Below are positions 53,151 through 64,000 of a DNA stretch of 64,000 nucleotides, piece by piece. Each line of letters begins with the position of its first letter. The stretch's first letter is position 1. The stretch is taken from positions 13,082,001 through 13,146,000 of the forward strand of contig NC_043001.1 of NCBI RefSeq assembly GCF_006345805.1, written 5' to 3'. Made by a program: the position numbers and the translations under genes. The notes beneath the pieces are model-generated. The model was given only the letters and a program-made list of their open reading frames with translations, was not told where the DNA came from and searched no databases. The DNA is from Octopus sinensis (lineage: Eukaryota).

Positions 53151-53678
53151 ATATTTTAAACTTTATATTTTACATCTTTGATAAAAATGTAAGGGAGAAA
53201 AGCATGGGCAGCAGAGAATACATACAAAAGTAATTAAATATGTTTTTATGTAAGTTTGTCAGCTTATGGCTGGAGGGTAACAGCCTATTCAAAGTACTCA
53301 CCCTCAGCTTCCACCACGACCGCAAATGGGACCGCCCAGTATCTGGTGCATGCTTCTCTCTCTCTCTGTGTTTCTGAGAAAAACTGCGAACACATCCGTG
53401 ATCTTTCCCATCGGTTCGGACTTGGATTTGCAGACAGAGAGGTTGGAGTAATTCTCAACCGCGTCTTACACATAGTAATCCATGAGATTACAATCAAGAG
53501 AATTTATGAGCCTAGAAAGTCTCGTGAAATTGTAGTAATTTTGCAGCGGTTACTTGTAGCGTCTCAAGAGGTATGGCAAGAAACTGAATCCTATTGCCGC
53601 ACATATAACCATCCAGCAGCCACCCTTTATAGTCAGAGTTTCATCAAAGACGCTAGCAGCTTCGAATGGCCGTATGAA

Positions 53679-54040
53679 TTGAGCCTACCGACTTGTCCAT
53701 CAGATGCTGGATTAATTCAGCCAGGAAGATGCAGGAGAACGACTTCTGTGTCCCTTCCCTTTGGTTACGGCCTCGTAGTCTCTGTTGCAGCTGTCCACTT
53801 GAGCCTACCGACTTGTCCATCAGATGCTGGATTAATTCAGCCAGGAAGATGCAGGAAGAACGACTTCTGTGTCCCTTCCCTTTGGTTACGGCCTCGTAGT
53901 CTCTGTTGCAGCTGTCCACTTGAGCCTACCGACTTGTCCATCAGATGCTGGATTAATTCAGCCAGGAAGATGCAGGAAGAACGACTTCTGTGTCCCTTCC
54001 CTTTGGTTACGGCCTCGTAGTCTCTGTTGCAGCTGTCCAC
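53679..54040. repeat. Tandem triplication (120/121/121 bp, near identical)
   Basis: ttgagcctaccgacttgtcc... starts at 53679, 53799, 53920. Confidence 0.97.
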
Positions 54041-54068
54041 GACAAGCCTTACATCTTTCACAGTAATA

Positions 54069-54301
54069 TATTTCTTTACTACCCACAAGGGGCTAAACAT
54101 AGAGGGGACAAACAAGAACAAACAAAGGGATTAAGTCGATTACATTGACCCCAGTGCGTAACTGGTGCTTAATTTATCGACCCCGAAAGGGTGAAAGGCA
54201 AAGTCGACCTCGGCGGAATTTGAACTCAGAAAGTAACGACAGACGAAATACCGCTAAGTATTTCGCCCGGCGCGCTAACGTTTCTGCCAGCTCGCCGCCT
54301 T
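54069..54301 (-). mobile_element. SINE family A with 16-bp TSD
   Basis: atctttcacagtaata at 54053-54068 and 54302-54317. Confidence 0.95.
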
Positions 54302-54671
54302 ATCTTTCACAGTAATAACAGAACATTGCACAGCGATGAAGACATCGGCATTTTGATATCCAGAGCGAACCATAATGGTAGAAGTAACACTTTACCAATA
54401 TCCTATCATCCAAGTTGGATAACCTTTCTCAAATATAAATTTAACCTTTATACATTCTAAGCCCGTTGACATTTCCCCCAATACATCCCGATGTTCCTCA
54501 AAACAGTGAGCATGATAATCATCATATTTAGCTCGAACACGTCGTAAATGTATTCTATTCTAAATGCAATCGGTGAGTATTGCCACACTAGCAAACCACG
54601 GTAATGTAACGCTTATGCGAAATTTGGTCAACAACTGCGTGTCGCTGTTAATATTCTGAGAAACATATATA

Positions 54672-54845
54672 GGCGCAGGAGTGGCTGTGTGGTAAGTAGC
54701 TTGCTAACCAACCACATGGTTCCAGGTTCAGTCCCACTGCGTGGCATCTTGGGCAAGTGTCTTCTGCTATAGCCCCGGTCCGATCAATGCCTTGTGAGTG
54801 GATTTGGTAGACGGAAACCGAAAGAAGCCTGTCGTATATATATAT

Positions 54846-54910
<65 letters not shown>

Positions 54911-55118
54911 TTGTGTATTGTGTTTGTCCCCCTAGCATTGCTTGACAACCGATGCTGGTGTGTTTACGTCCCCGTCACTTTGCGGTTCGGCAAAAGAGAC
55001 CGATAGAATAAGTACTGGGCTTACAAAGAATAATTCCCGGGTTCGATTTGCTCGACTAAAGGCGGTGCTCCAGCATGGCCGCAGTCAAATGACTGACAAG
55101 TAGTAGAGTAAAAGAGTA
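54672..55118 (+). mobile_element. SINE family B, full length
   Basis: ggcgcaggagtggctgtgtggtaagtagc...gtggcatcttgggcaagtgtctt (CORE-like)...(TA)n(GT)n...ggcggtgctccagcatggccgcagtc. Confidence 0.92.
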
Positions 55119-55164
55119 TATGATTCAAATGCAAAGAATAATGGGCTGAATTTGTAATACTTCG

Positions 55165-55549
55165 CGGCATTCCGTCGGTTATGACGATGAGGGTTCCAGT
55201 TGATCCGATCAACGGAACAGGCTGCTCGTGAAAATTAACGTACAAGTGGCTGAGTACTCCACAGACAAGTGTACCTTTAACGTAGTTTTCAGGGAGATGT
55301 AGCGTGACTACAGTGTGTGACAAGGCTGGCCCCTTTCAAATATAGGTACAAAAGAAATAGGAAGAAAGAGTGTGAGAAAGTTATGGTGAAAAAGTACAGC
55401 AGGGTTCTCCACCACCCCCTGTCGGAACATCGTGGAGCTTTAGGTGTTTTCGCTCAATAAACACTCCCAACATCTCGTCTGGAAATTCGAAACCGTGATC
55501 CTATGACCGCGAGTCCGCTTGCCCTAACCACAGGGCCATTGTGCCTCCG
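55165..55549 (-). mobile_element. SINE family C (diverged)
   Basis: Reverse-complement homologue of 40748-41132. Confidence 0.88.
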
Positions 55550-55849
55550 TTGTATAACAGAAAGAATGGTTGTTTTCTCATCTGCCTAATCAGAATTAGT
55601 CAAAAGATATCCCTCGCCTTCACTATAAAATCAGATTCAGATTTTGGCCCGTGGTTAGTAATTTCGGAATGGGAGTGAATCGATTACAACAGCGTCAGTG
55701 CTCAGCCGGTACTTATTTAATCGACCCCAAAGGCACGAAAAACAAAGTTCACCTCAGCGAAAATCGATTTGAGGACCTAATGACGGGCAAAATACCGAAA
55801 AGCAGTTTGTTCGGCATGCTCATGATTCGTGGGAGAGGATAAGTAAGGG

Positions 55850-56212
55850 GTGGAAGCACTCCGTCGGTTATGACGATGAGGTTTCCGGTTGATCCGAATC
55901 AACGGAACAGCCTGCTCGTGAAATCAACGTGTAAGTGGCTGAGCACTCCACAGACACGTGCACCCTTCTCGGGGATATTCAGCGTGACACAGAGAGTGAC
56001 AAGGCCAGCCTTTTGAAATACAGGTACAACAGAACCAGGAGAAAGTTGTGGTGAAAGAGTACAGCAGGGCTCACCACCATCCCCTGCCGGGCCTTGTGGA
56101 GCTTTAGGTGTTTTCGCTCAATAAACACTCACAACGCCCGGTCTGGGAATCGAAACCGCGATCCTATGACCGCGAGTCCGCTGCCCTAACCACTGGGCCA
56201 TTGCGCCTCCAC
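55850..56212 (-). mobile_element. SINE family C with TSD, nested among old SINE A remnants
   Basis: gagaggataagt on both flanks. Confidence 0.9.
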
Positions 56213-57879
56213 GAGAGAGGATAAGTCGATTAGATCGACCCCAATGCTGAAATCCTATTTATCGTTCTCAGTATGATGAAAGGAAAAGTCGACCGCCGTG
56301 GAATTTGAACTATTATCACAATAATATTAACTAATTAGCAATCACTGATTTCCATTTGTTTCAATTAGCATTAGACTCCATACATATTTGCTCTGATTAA
56401 TTTATGATGATTCGACATTCAGATTTCACTGAAATAACTTGTATATAATGCCTGGGAGTTTCCTGTTTTAGAAACCATGCGTATAATAACTATTAAATTC
56501 GTTTCCTACTGCATTCCATTCTTTATTTGATTGATTTTAATTTAATTTCGCAGATGATACATGCCTCTTTCTTGAGTGGCATTATCCATAAGTAGAATGT
56601 TTCTCAGCGTTGTAAGGAATATTTCTATTAAATAATTTTCTCTTCACAAGGTAATTTTATAGGTTTCTTCCATCTTCGATAGTTGTGATATAAATAACAT
56701 CCATTTATACACATAATGGTTCGTGGTAAGGGTATTTATCTATCGCACACAAACGGCATTTATAACAATTTAGTCGTTTTTTGACATTTATCAAATCTGG
56801 CCGTACACGCCTTTTATCCAATGCCACTTTGCATATAAATATTGTGAACTTTCGTAGCTAACAATTTTTATATTTACTGTAGGGAATAATTTGAGGCAAA
56901 TCCGTAGCTATTTCTACCAGTCAAATAAGAAATTATATGCGTCTTGAATTTTAAATATTGTATCTTTTCCACTGCTATTAATTTTATGGGACAACAATAA
57001 GCAATTCAGCTCTGTTCAAAACATTATTTATATATTTTATATGTTGTTTTCTTAATTCTTATTGCTCATATAAATTACAGATTTATATCTTTATATTTTT
57101 CACTATTAACGTGGTCAATATAAATGGCATTTATACATACTTAATTTCGCTGTGTTTTTACAGTATGTTTAGTAAGTTAAACAAATATAATATATATTGA
57201 TAGTTTTCGGTATTGTTTCAAATGTTCACTGACCTATACATTTTTTTTTCAATATGATTTATTTGAAAAGGGGCCATTGTAATACGATTTTGTAAATATG
57301 AATATTTAATGGTTGGCATAATATTGACACAGGCGCGACGTATAAATCACTATGACGGGAAAGCAAACTAAATCGAATTTTGGTTATTCAAAAAAAGGAA
57401 AATGAAATAAAAAAACAATTGTTCTTCATTCTTTTATTATATCTCACGTACATTTTATAGGATTGTCTTGGAAAAAATACGAGCGAATTTATAAGCAGAA
57501 TTATATAAGCAAATTTATAAGCAGAAAACTCATGCCTTTAGCCCCTAATAATCTCAATACTGGGCCGATCCTCATAGTGCTTCCCCCGAAATAATTATTA
57601 ACCACAAGGCATCGTACGAGAGCACCGTGCACAATTTGTTATGATTTTCAATATCAATGGTCTAGAGTTCTCATTTCATAATCGATACTTTGAGTATACG
57701 CGTTGCGTAAGTTTGACGAACCCCACCGTTATTTTATACAGGCGCAAGACCTTACGAATGTAAAGGCACACAAAAGAGAGTCTGATAGCCGTTATCTGTC
57801 GCCTCCCAAATAGCTTCCTCCTTTCTAATTTTCAGAATCCTAACTTTTCAAAATTGGTCCCGAGCTGGTTGTTTATATA

Positions 57880-59205
57880 TCTATTTCAATGGAACACAGT
57901 ATGGATATTTTTCAAAAGCGTTTCATCCAGAAAATAGAGAATATTTTCCGTGCAATGGGAAATATTGAGGAATGTGGATGTCCAAATATGTTTGTGGCAA
58001 TCCTTCATGAATTTCAGGAAAGTCGCAGGAAAGTTGTCAACATAAAACGTCTCAGCGTAGATTGATAAGTCATGTCTTCATTGTTAACAGTATTTCTCTA
58101 TGTAGATGACTGGGACCCATTTGAAGTCAACAAAGCAGGCAACGCATCATGGACTCCTTTTCCAAAGCTCGTTCTGCGCAAGGCCTCACGGTAGTTCTTT
58201 AAAAAATCCCTTTTCTTACATCAGTTTGCACGGGAGTGCCATACTTTGAACTAGATATCCGAGTGGATCGTTAGAAGGTTCAAGTTGTGAACAGGGTTTT
58301 GAATTAGCGTCAATATACTAAGAAGCCTTCTCGATGAAAGGTTTCTAAGAACCAGCAAAGCCAGTAATGATTTCAGAAAGCACTTGATGTCTCACCTTTG
58401 GTATCTTTAATGATATTCAAGTGAAGATTAATATAACATGTGTGTTATTGTCCCTGATGTATGCTTCTGAGAAGTGGGTAACCAACCGAAAACATCTGAA
58501 ACAGCTGGAGCTCTTTCACCACAAGTGTCTAACCGTATCTTGGGCCTGCGTCGGAAAATACATGAGTGATTTTGAGGTTTTTGAAACAAGTTGAGTTGAA
58601 TGATTGAGTCAATCATTTTGCAGTGCTGACTCAATGTAGAATAGTTACTTAGTGAGAATAGGGGACTGCAGAATAGGAATAGGGGACTGCAGTATTCCGA
58701 AGCTAACCTTGTATGATGAGCAGAATCCCGAGATTCATAGTTTGTGTAAAACTACCGTTGGAAATATATAAAGGAACTGCAATTGGCCGGCGAAAATGGA
58801 AGAAAGCAGCGTAAAACCGAAGTGAGAACTTCGAAATAGCTCGAAGAAATCACGAAACTTTGAAGACATTTCCTATAAAGTCATTGATGTGATATCACCA
58901 GGAAATGTGGGTGACCAGAGGCAATGAATGTTCGAGAGTCTGCTCCAGCAGAGCGAGACTTGGGTTATGCTACATACTGCGTAATCACATGCCACGAATA
59001 CGGCAAGTTCTGCGTATCAGTTGCATGAGAGACCATGATGACCATCGCATGGGTCAATATGTTGGAGGCAATAGCGTATGTAACATTTGTGCCAAAAAGA
59101 GTAGGTCACTTGCTGGCCTGAAAAGCCAAAACCCTGCTACTAAATCATGAAGACGATTCTGAGGTGATTCACGCAATGTCTACACTCGAGAACAAGGAAA
59201 TAGTT
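57880..59205 (+). mobile_element. Decayed RTE-clade LINE (RT remnant to C-terminus)
   Basis: CGCPNMFVAILHEF; RTSKASNDFRK; CVLLSLMYASEKWVTNRKHLKQLELFHHKCL; IPKLTLYDE; terminal ECSRVCSSRARLGL and CNICAKKSRSLAGLKS zinc-finger-like motifs typical of RTE/BovB-type ORFs. Confidence 0.82.
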
Positions 59206-59774
59206 ATCATTTATGTATGTGTCTATTTTCAGTCAGTGGTAGACGATAAAATATAACATACGGTCTACGAAAATATGATATAGAACACACCTAATTTACA
59301 TACAAAAATATCTATACATCGTTACAATATGTAATCAAATATATTGGGCTTGAATGATTACTTCCACTGTGTCTATGAAAATACTTGCTAAAATTGAACT
59401 CTCGCGTTTCTACTCATACTTTACTTCGTACTATGCGATTGCAACTTATGATTATCGACAAACACTTTTAAAGCTACTAACAGTATTAAAGCTAACACTT
59501 TAAAGTTGCAGGTCAATCTTCAATTTCCCTCTACAAATGTTGTGTAATACGAGCATTAAGATAAATCAGTTATTTACACTTGGAGGTTTGAGATAAACAG
59601 ACTATACTAGAAGACATATCATGTCAAGATTTGATATTTCTTCACCTCTATCACGTGTAATCAAAACGTCATGTAAAATCTCAAGTAAAATCCCTTCATG
59701 TAGAGCACATATCGATGCTGAGCTAACCGGTTTCAACAGTTGATAGATTTCATTTCATTTACTGCTCGCTTATA

Positions 59775-60262
59775 TATTGGATTGTCCGGAAAGTTCCTGC
59801 CGAATTTTAAAGGAAACAAAAAGGTCAATAAAAACTTGCCATTACATTTTTAATCAACCAAATATGACACATTTTGATGCACAATGCGTCTCTATCTTTC
59901 TTTTAACTTGAAAATACCCTCTTCTCAGAATTGAGGTGGTTTCGTGGCAAAGAATGCATCAAGGTATCTTTTTACGTCATCCAAGGAATTGAAATTTTTA
60001 CCATTAAGACTATTCTGCAGAATAAGTGAACCTGAATAAGTGGAAATCCGAAGGAGCAATATCTGGTGAATATGGAGGGTGGGGTAACACATCCCAGCCG
60101 AGCTGCGGCAATTTTCTAATCTTCCATTTTCAAGGGTTATAGAATTGACATGGGTTATAGGAACAATAACCTTCTTCCACGAAAAGATAGCTTAAACTGT
60201 GCTTTAAATCCTATTTTATGGGCACAAACATGTTCTAAAATAAGTCGAAAGGTAAGCTACAA
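59775..60262 (-). mobile_element. Second copy of the deleted mariner family (one TIR lost to SINE A at ~60265-60465)
   Basis: Collinear with 30471-31010; minus QLGWDVLPHPPYSPDIAPSDFHLFR (mariner YSPDLAP.D motif). Confidence 0.92.
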
Positions 60263-60264
60263 TA

Positions 60265-60465
60265 ATAATGGTTTCAAATTTTGCAACAAGGGTAGCAATT
60301 TTAGGGGAGGGGTTGAGTCGTTTATAGTGACTCCAGTATTCAACTGGTATTTATTTTTTCCGCCCCGAAAGGATGAAAAGTAAAGTCGACCTCGGTGGAA
60401 TTTGAACTCAGAATATAGCGACGACAGAAATACGACTAAGCATTTCGTCCGGCGCGCTAACGCCT
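60265..60465 (-). mobile_element. SINE family A with alternative tail
   Basis: cccgaaaggatgaaaagtaaagtcgacctcggtggaatttgaactcag. Confidence 0.85.
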
Positions 60466-61798
60466 ATGTAGAAATAATGACATTGATATTAACTCATATT
60501 TATCTTAGATAAAATATGCTTTACAAGAAATGTTTCTAAGTTCCATATTAGTAATGAGTGATAGGTATGTGTTAAGAATACTTTATGGTAATATATTAGG
60601 GAATGTAATTAGGACAGCGCAAACGTTTAGAAATGTATCCTTAAGTGAAACAAAGATGTTACAAACGTAGATTTAATTTTGAAATCATTAGCAGTAAGTC
60701 AACACTTGAGAATTACAGATATCACAATTTGTTAATAATCAAATTAGGATCGCATCATATATCACATAATATATATGTAAAGCGACAGTAATCGCAATCT
60801 AATTATGGCGAGTATCGTCCAAATATAATTGATTTCAATTTCCTTTCTAATAACTCCAGATGTAAAACATCATAAAGGACAGATTTTCCGAGTGCATGTG
60901 TGTTTAACAGTGGTGTCTGTATCTCTGAAGATATTCACAGGTGACATCAGTTAAGTAGTTGTATTTGTACGGGCATAAATTGTTGAATAAAAATGATCGA
61001 TTGTTTTCCCCATACAACTAGACTGCTAAATATTTACCAGCACTGGATTCTTCTTTCCGACAGAGAGAGAAAATTGGGCAGTGGAATCCATGGCTCAGGA
61101 GTGTAAGAGAATCGAATGGCTTTCCCTAGGGATCTAACTTGTCTTACGTAATCAATCCACAAGTGTTTTGAATAGATTAATAGAATAAAAATGTCTGAAG
61201 CCTTAAATATAATTTACATTCTGAACTGCTATATGTTCCGTTATGATAATGATAGCGATGTAGCACCTGAAATATTCATTAAAGAATTCTAGAAACGGTA
61301 AATTTATGTATGGTAGTTTATGTTGGTAAAACCCAGGTCAGCACTGAAAGACCAGACATGATCAAATATATTTATATTGTACCCATGATGCCCTGCACAT
61401 TTAGTGTATTTCTTCTTGAATTACCTAGCACAGCGTAACATTGTTTTATATATATATATAGGTGTATAGAATACATTTAGAAGAATGTTTTGCTTGCTAT
61501 TTTTCACAAGCTACATTACCACATACAGTTTCCGCTGTTCTGGTTTCATATGTTATTGGATAACTGGCACATAAATATTAATGACTCGTAGTAACATGGC
61601 ATTGCGTTATGCAAGCAGGCCATACTACAAAGTACATTAGACGTCTTCCTATGTCAATACCTTGTTCTACTGTGTAAGCAGTGCTATTAAATCACTTGAG
61701 AAGGTTATCTCTACAGTTATTCTATAGAAATTATAGCCAGCAGCGATTTTGGCTAGGTACCAGCTACTAGCAATGTGTTTAACATGTAAATGTGGTAT

Positions 61799-62205
61799 AG
61801 GCGCAGGAGTGGCTGTGTGGTAAGTAGCTTGCTTACGAACCACATGGTTTCGGGGTCAGTTCTACTGCGTGGCAACTTGGGCAAATGTCTTCTACTATAG
61901 CCTCGGGCCGACCAAAGCCGTGTGAGTGGATTTGGTAGACAGAAACTGAAAGAAGCCTGTCGTATATATACATGTATATGTATGTGTGTGTATATGTTTG
62001 TGTGCCTGTGTTTGTACCCCCAACATCGCTTGACAACCGTTGCTGGTGTGTTTACGTCTCGTAACTTAGCGGTTCTGCAAAAGAGACCGATAGAATAAGT
62101 ACTAGATTTACAAAGAATAAGTCCTGGGGTCGATTTGATTCGACTAAAGGCGGTGCTCCAGCATGGCTCCACTCAAATAACTGAAACAAGTAAAAGAGTA
62201 AAAGA
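61799..62205 (+). mobile_element. SINE family B, full length
   Basis: Homologous to 54672-55118; tail aacaagtaaaagagtaaaaga. Confidence 0.92.
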
Positions 62206-62265
62206 TTTTATCCAATAATGTCTCGGTTATGATTTGTATAATGTATGTAGAGATAAATTTAACAA

Positions 62266-62305
<40 letters not shown>

Positions 62306-62511
62306 GTGAAATAGAAAGATGAATAATCTTGTAGTAGATTAATCAAAAGTTTAACCGATACCTTAGTAGCAAAAATCACAGCAGTAAACAGCACGGTTGG
62401 AGGAACAACCATATGGTGTTGCAACCGTGCGTTGGTGCGGATAATTGAAATTAAAACATTATTGGTGAATTGAAGAAATGGAGCTGAACGCAGATTGAAC
62501 AGAAATCGTTT

Positions 62512-62605
62512 TATTTCATTCTACACGTGTTTCGAAAGGCACAAATTACCAAAATCCGATTGAATAATGGGACCATATTGTGTCTTTCTCTTCAGGAAGA
62601 AAATA
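62512..62605 (-). ncRNA. Type I hammerhead ribozyme motif
   Basis: Minus: tattttcttc CTGAAGA gaaagacacaa...ttgtgcctttc GAAA c acgt g TA gaatgaaata; stem I 9/10 pairs, stem II 10/11 pairs, palindromic minimal stem III, GUA triplet. Confidence 0.75.
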
Positions 62606-63192
62606 GGAAATCCGTTGGAAAAACAAAAACAGAACAGAGGCGGAGCAAAAACAAATCGAACTATGCTCCTAAGAGCCCATGGCGAAACTGTTTATCAGTG
62701 TATGTTGAGAACCGGTGGCTGAAGAATTTAACGGGTCAGGCATCGGTCAACCATGTGGGTGAGGGTGTGTGGGTGTTCTTTGTGACCGAGAATAAAGTTC
62801 TGACTATTTAAGGAATATTGGAGGTTTTATAAGGGGCGAGAAAAAATCTACTTAGAGACGTGTGTGTGTGTATACTGTTCTATATATGTGTGTGTTGGCG
62901 TAGGGGTAGAAAACATTTTTTGTGTACGTGTGTGCGTTTGATCGTTCGGCTGTCAGTGGCTACTGCCGCGAGAACCGTTGGGTGGCAGAAAAAAAAAATA
63001 TATATATTATGTTTTATGTGTGTGTGTGTTCATCTAAGCCTGCCTTGTCAAGGAAGCCCCCCGCTGTGAAAAAACCAAGCCCCGTTTGTCTTACAGGAGT
63101 AATTCCCCTTGCAGTGGTTAATCGTAGATATCTTAATGGCTATTTCAGAATTTGTTACCAAGGGCTATGGGTGCCGGTATTATTTATAAACG

Positions 63193-63891
63193 CTATTTAA
63201 AAGCCAGATAAGTGTAACGCCGCCAATGGGGGCATCGAAAAGCCGACTGTAAAAGCCCGTTTACCATCCGGCCTCTGGCAAACAAAATATGGAAGAGTTC
63301 GGAGACACAAAGGTTGCACTGCCTTCTGCCCCTATCAAATGGGAGGGCCACCGACAAAATTGACCATTCCAGCCTGTAGCTTAAGTTCGTATCCTTCAGT
63401 CGCCATATTAGCTTACTGAGTCCCGTGGTCTGGCGCTTGTTCATGTCCCGAAAAGTTGCGTAATGGTTGGAGACACGCAAAGACAATCTTGAGGATGAGG
63501 CCCCTACATAAGTGAAGACATCTGAGTCCGTGTAAACCTTGCATTGGTAGACGGCGTTTTTGATCTTGGAGTTCGCCGACGTGAATCTTATTCTGCTAGG
63601 ATTAGTTTCTGAAATTAGAACTGCGTTCCTGTCACTATATTCGTTCCGAGACCTGCAGCCGCTTACTACTCTATTTTCCACTACGTCACTATTAACTATA
63701 GGAATAACCCCTGATTCTCCACTATCTATCAGAGTGCTGTCATTGCTACTGCCCGTGGTGCTGCTATTGCGGGAAATGATGCTGGGGATGCTATTGGGGC
63801 TCTCTACCCTACTCCCATTGTTACCGTCAACCACAACACCCCTATTTATAACTATACCCCTAGTGGGTACTCCCTGGCTGGAGCTGCTACT
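63193..63891 (-). CDS. C-terminal GIY-YIG endonuclease of a Penelope-like element, preceded by a low-complexity linker (probably pseudogenised)
   Basis: AVYQCKV...TYVG...R..NH...F...T.LSK.IW.LK...WSI...CNLC.SE...N...CPH; frame stays open to the window edge except one TAA at 63892-63894. Confidence 0.82.
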   Translation of the reverse strand, partial: SSSSSQGVPTRGIVINRGVVVDGNNGSRVESPNSIPSIISRNSSTTGSSNDSTLIDSGESGVIPIVNSDVVENRVVSGCRSRNEYSDRNAVLISETNPSRIRFTSANSKIKNAVYQCKVYTDSDVFTYVGASSSRLSLRVSNHYATFRDMNKRQTTGLSKLIWRLKDTNLSYRLEWSILSVALPFDRGRRQCNLCVSELFHILFARGRMVNGLLQSAFRCPHWRRYTYLAFK

Positions 63892-64000
63892 TTAACCGAT
63901 ACCAATAATGGAGTTGTTCGAGATTGATGCGTCCCTTAAGGATATTCCTATACCACCGAAGGATGCCTTCCTTAAGGAGTTGGTTTGTAAAACCAACGCA

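Larger units (their letters stand above)
53230..54650 (-). mobile_element. Decayed DD37D (maT)-like Tc1/mariner element with internal triplication and SINE insertion
   Basis: Minus remnants IMVRSGYQNADVFIAVQCSVITVKDVRLVVDSCNRDYE, RQ*DSVSCHT (cf. QQDSAP.H), NSLDCNLMDYYV (cf. SPDLNPLDY), VVEAEGEYFE*. Confidence 0.7.
62304..64000 (-). mobile_element. Penelope-like retroelement, 3' portion (continues beyond the window)
   Basis: GIY-YIG ORF end, ~890-nt downstream region containing a hammerhead motif, ending at a (TA)n tract (62269-62303). Confidence 0.78.

Noticed and set aside
53256-54020. 254-aa plus-strand ORF with internal repeats
   Set aside because: Antisense to a decayed transposase and inflated by the 121-bp triplication
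56554-56650. AG...GT-bounded exon-like segment
   Set aside because: Stops in all three frames; cannot be supported as coding
57733-57770. YTGARPYECK resembling a C2H2 zinc-finger linker
   Set aside because: No flanking C-x2-C or H-x3-H fingers; stop codon follows shortly
63560-63895. 111-aa hydrophobic plus-strand ORF
   Set aside because: Antisense shadow of the low-complexity linker of the Penelope-like ORF

Overview
AT-rich, microsatellite-dense eukaryotic DNA with no confidently identifiable host protein-coding gene. The SINE families and (AAT)/(TA)/(GT) microsatellite load suggest an octopus or other coleoid cephalopod; this is an inference from repeat recognition, not a database result. 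Nearly all long ORFs in the track are microsatellite artefacts. Supported content: more than 30 tRNA-derived SINE copies of about 4 modular families; decayed mariner and DD37D (maT)-like transposons; RTE and CR1-like LINE remnants; a restriction-like-endonuclease (R4/Dong-type) retrotransposon 3' end sitting inside (TAA)n; a 5S rRNA pseudogene; several fold-back palindromes; and, at the right edge, a Penelope-like GIY-YIG ORF followed by a well-formed type I hammerhead ribozyme motif. The most interesting signals are the hammerhead motifs and the (TA)n-embedded Penelope-like fragments, retroelement ends that appear targeted to (TAA)n, multimeric SINEs with recurrent junctions under single target-site duplications (TSDs), reciprocal head/tail shuffling among SINEs, and a weak candidate spliced gene for a secreted peptide. 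No clearly new system is demonstrated. Coordinates were read by eye and boundaries are approximate.
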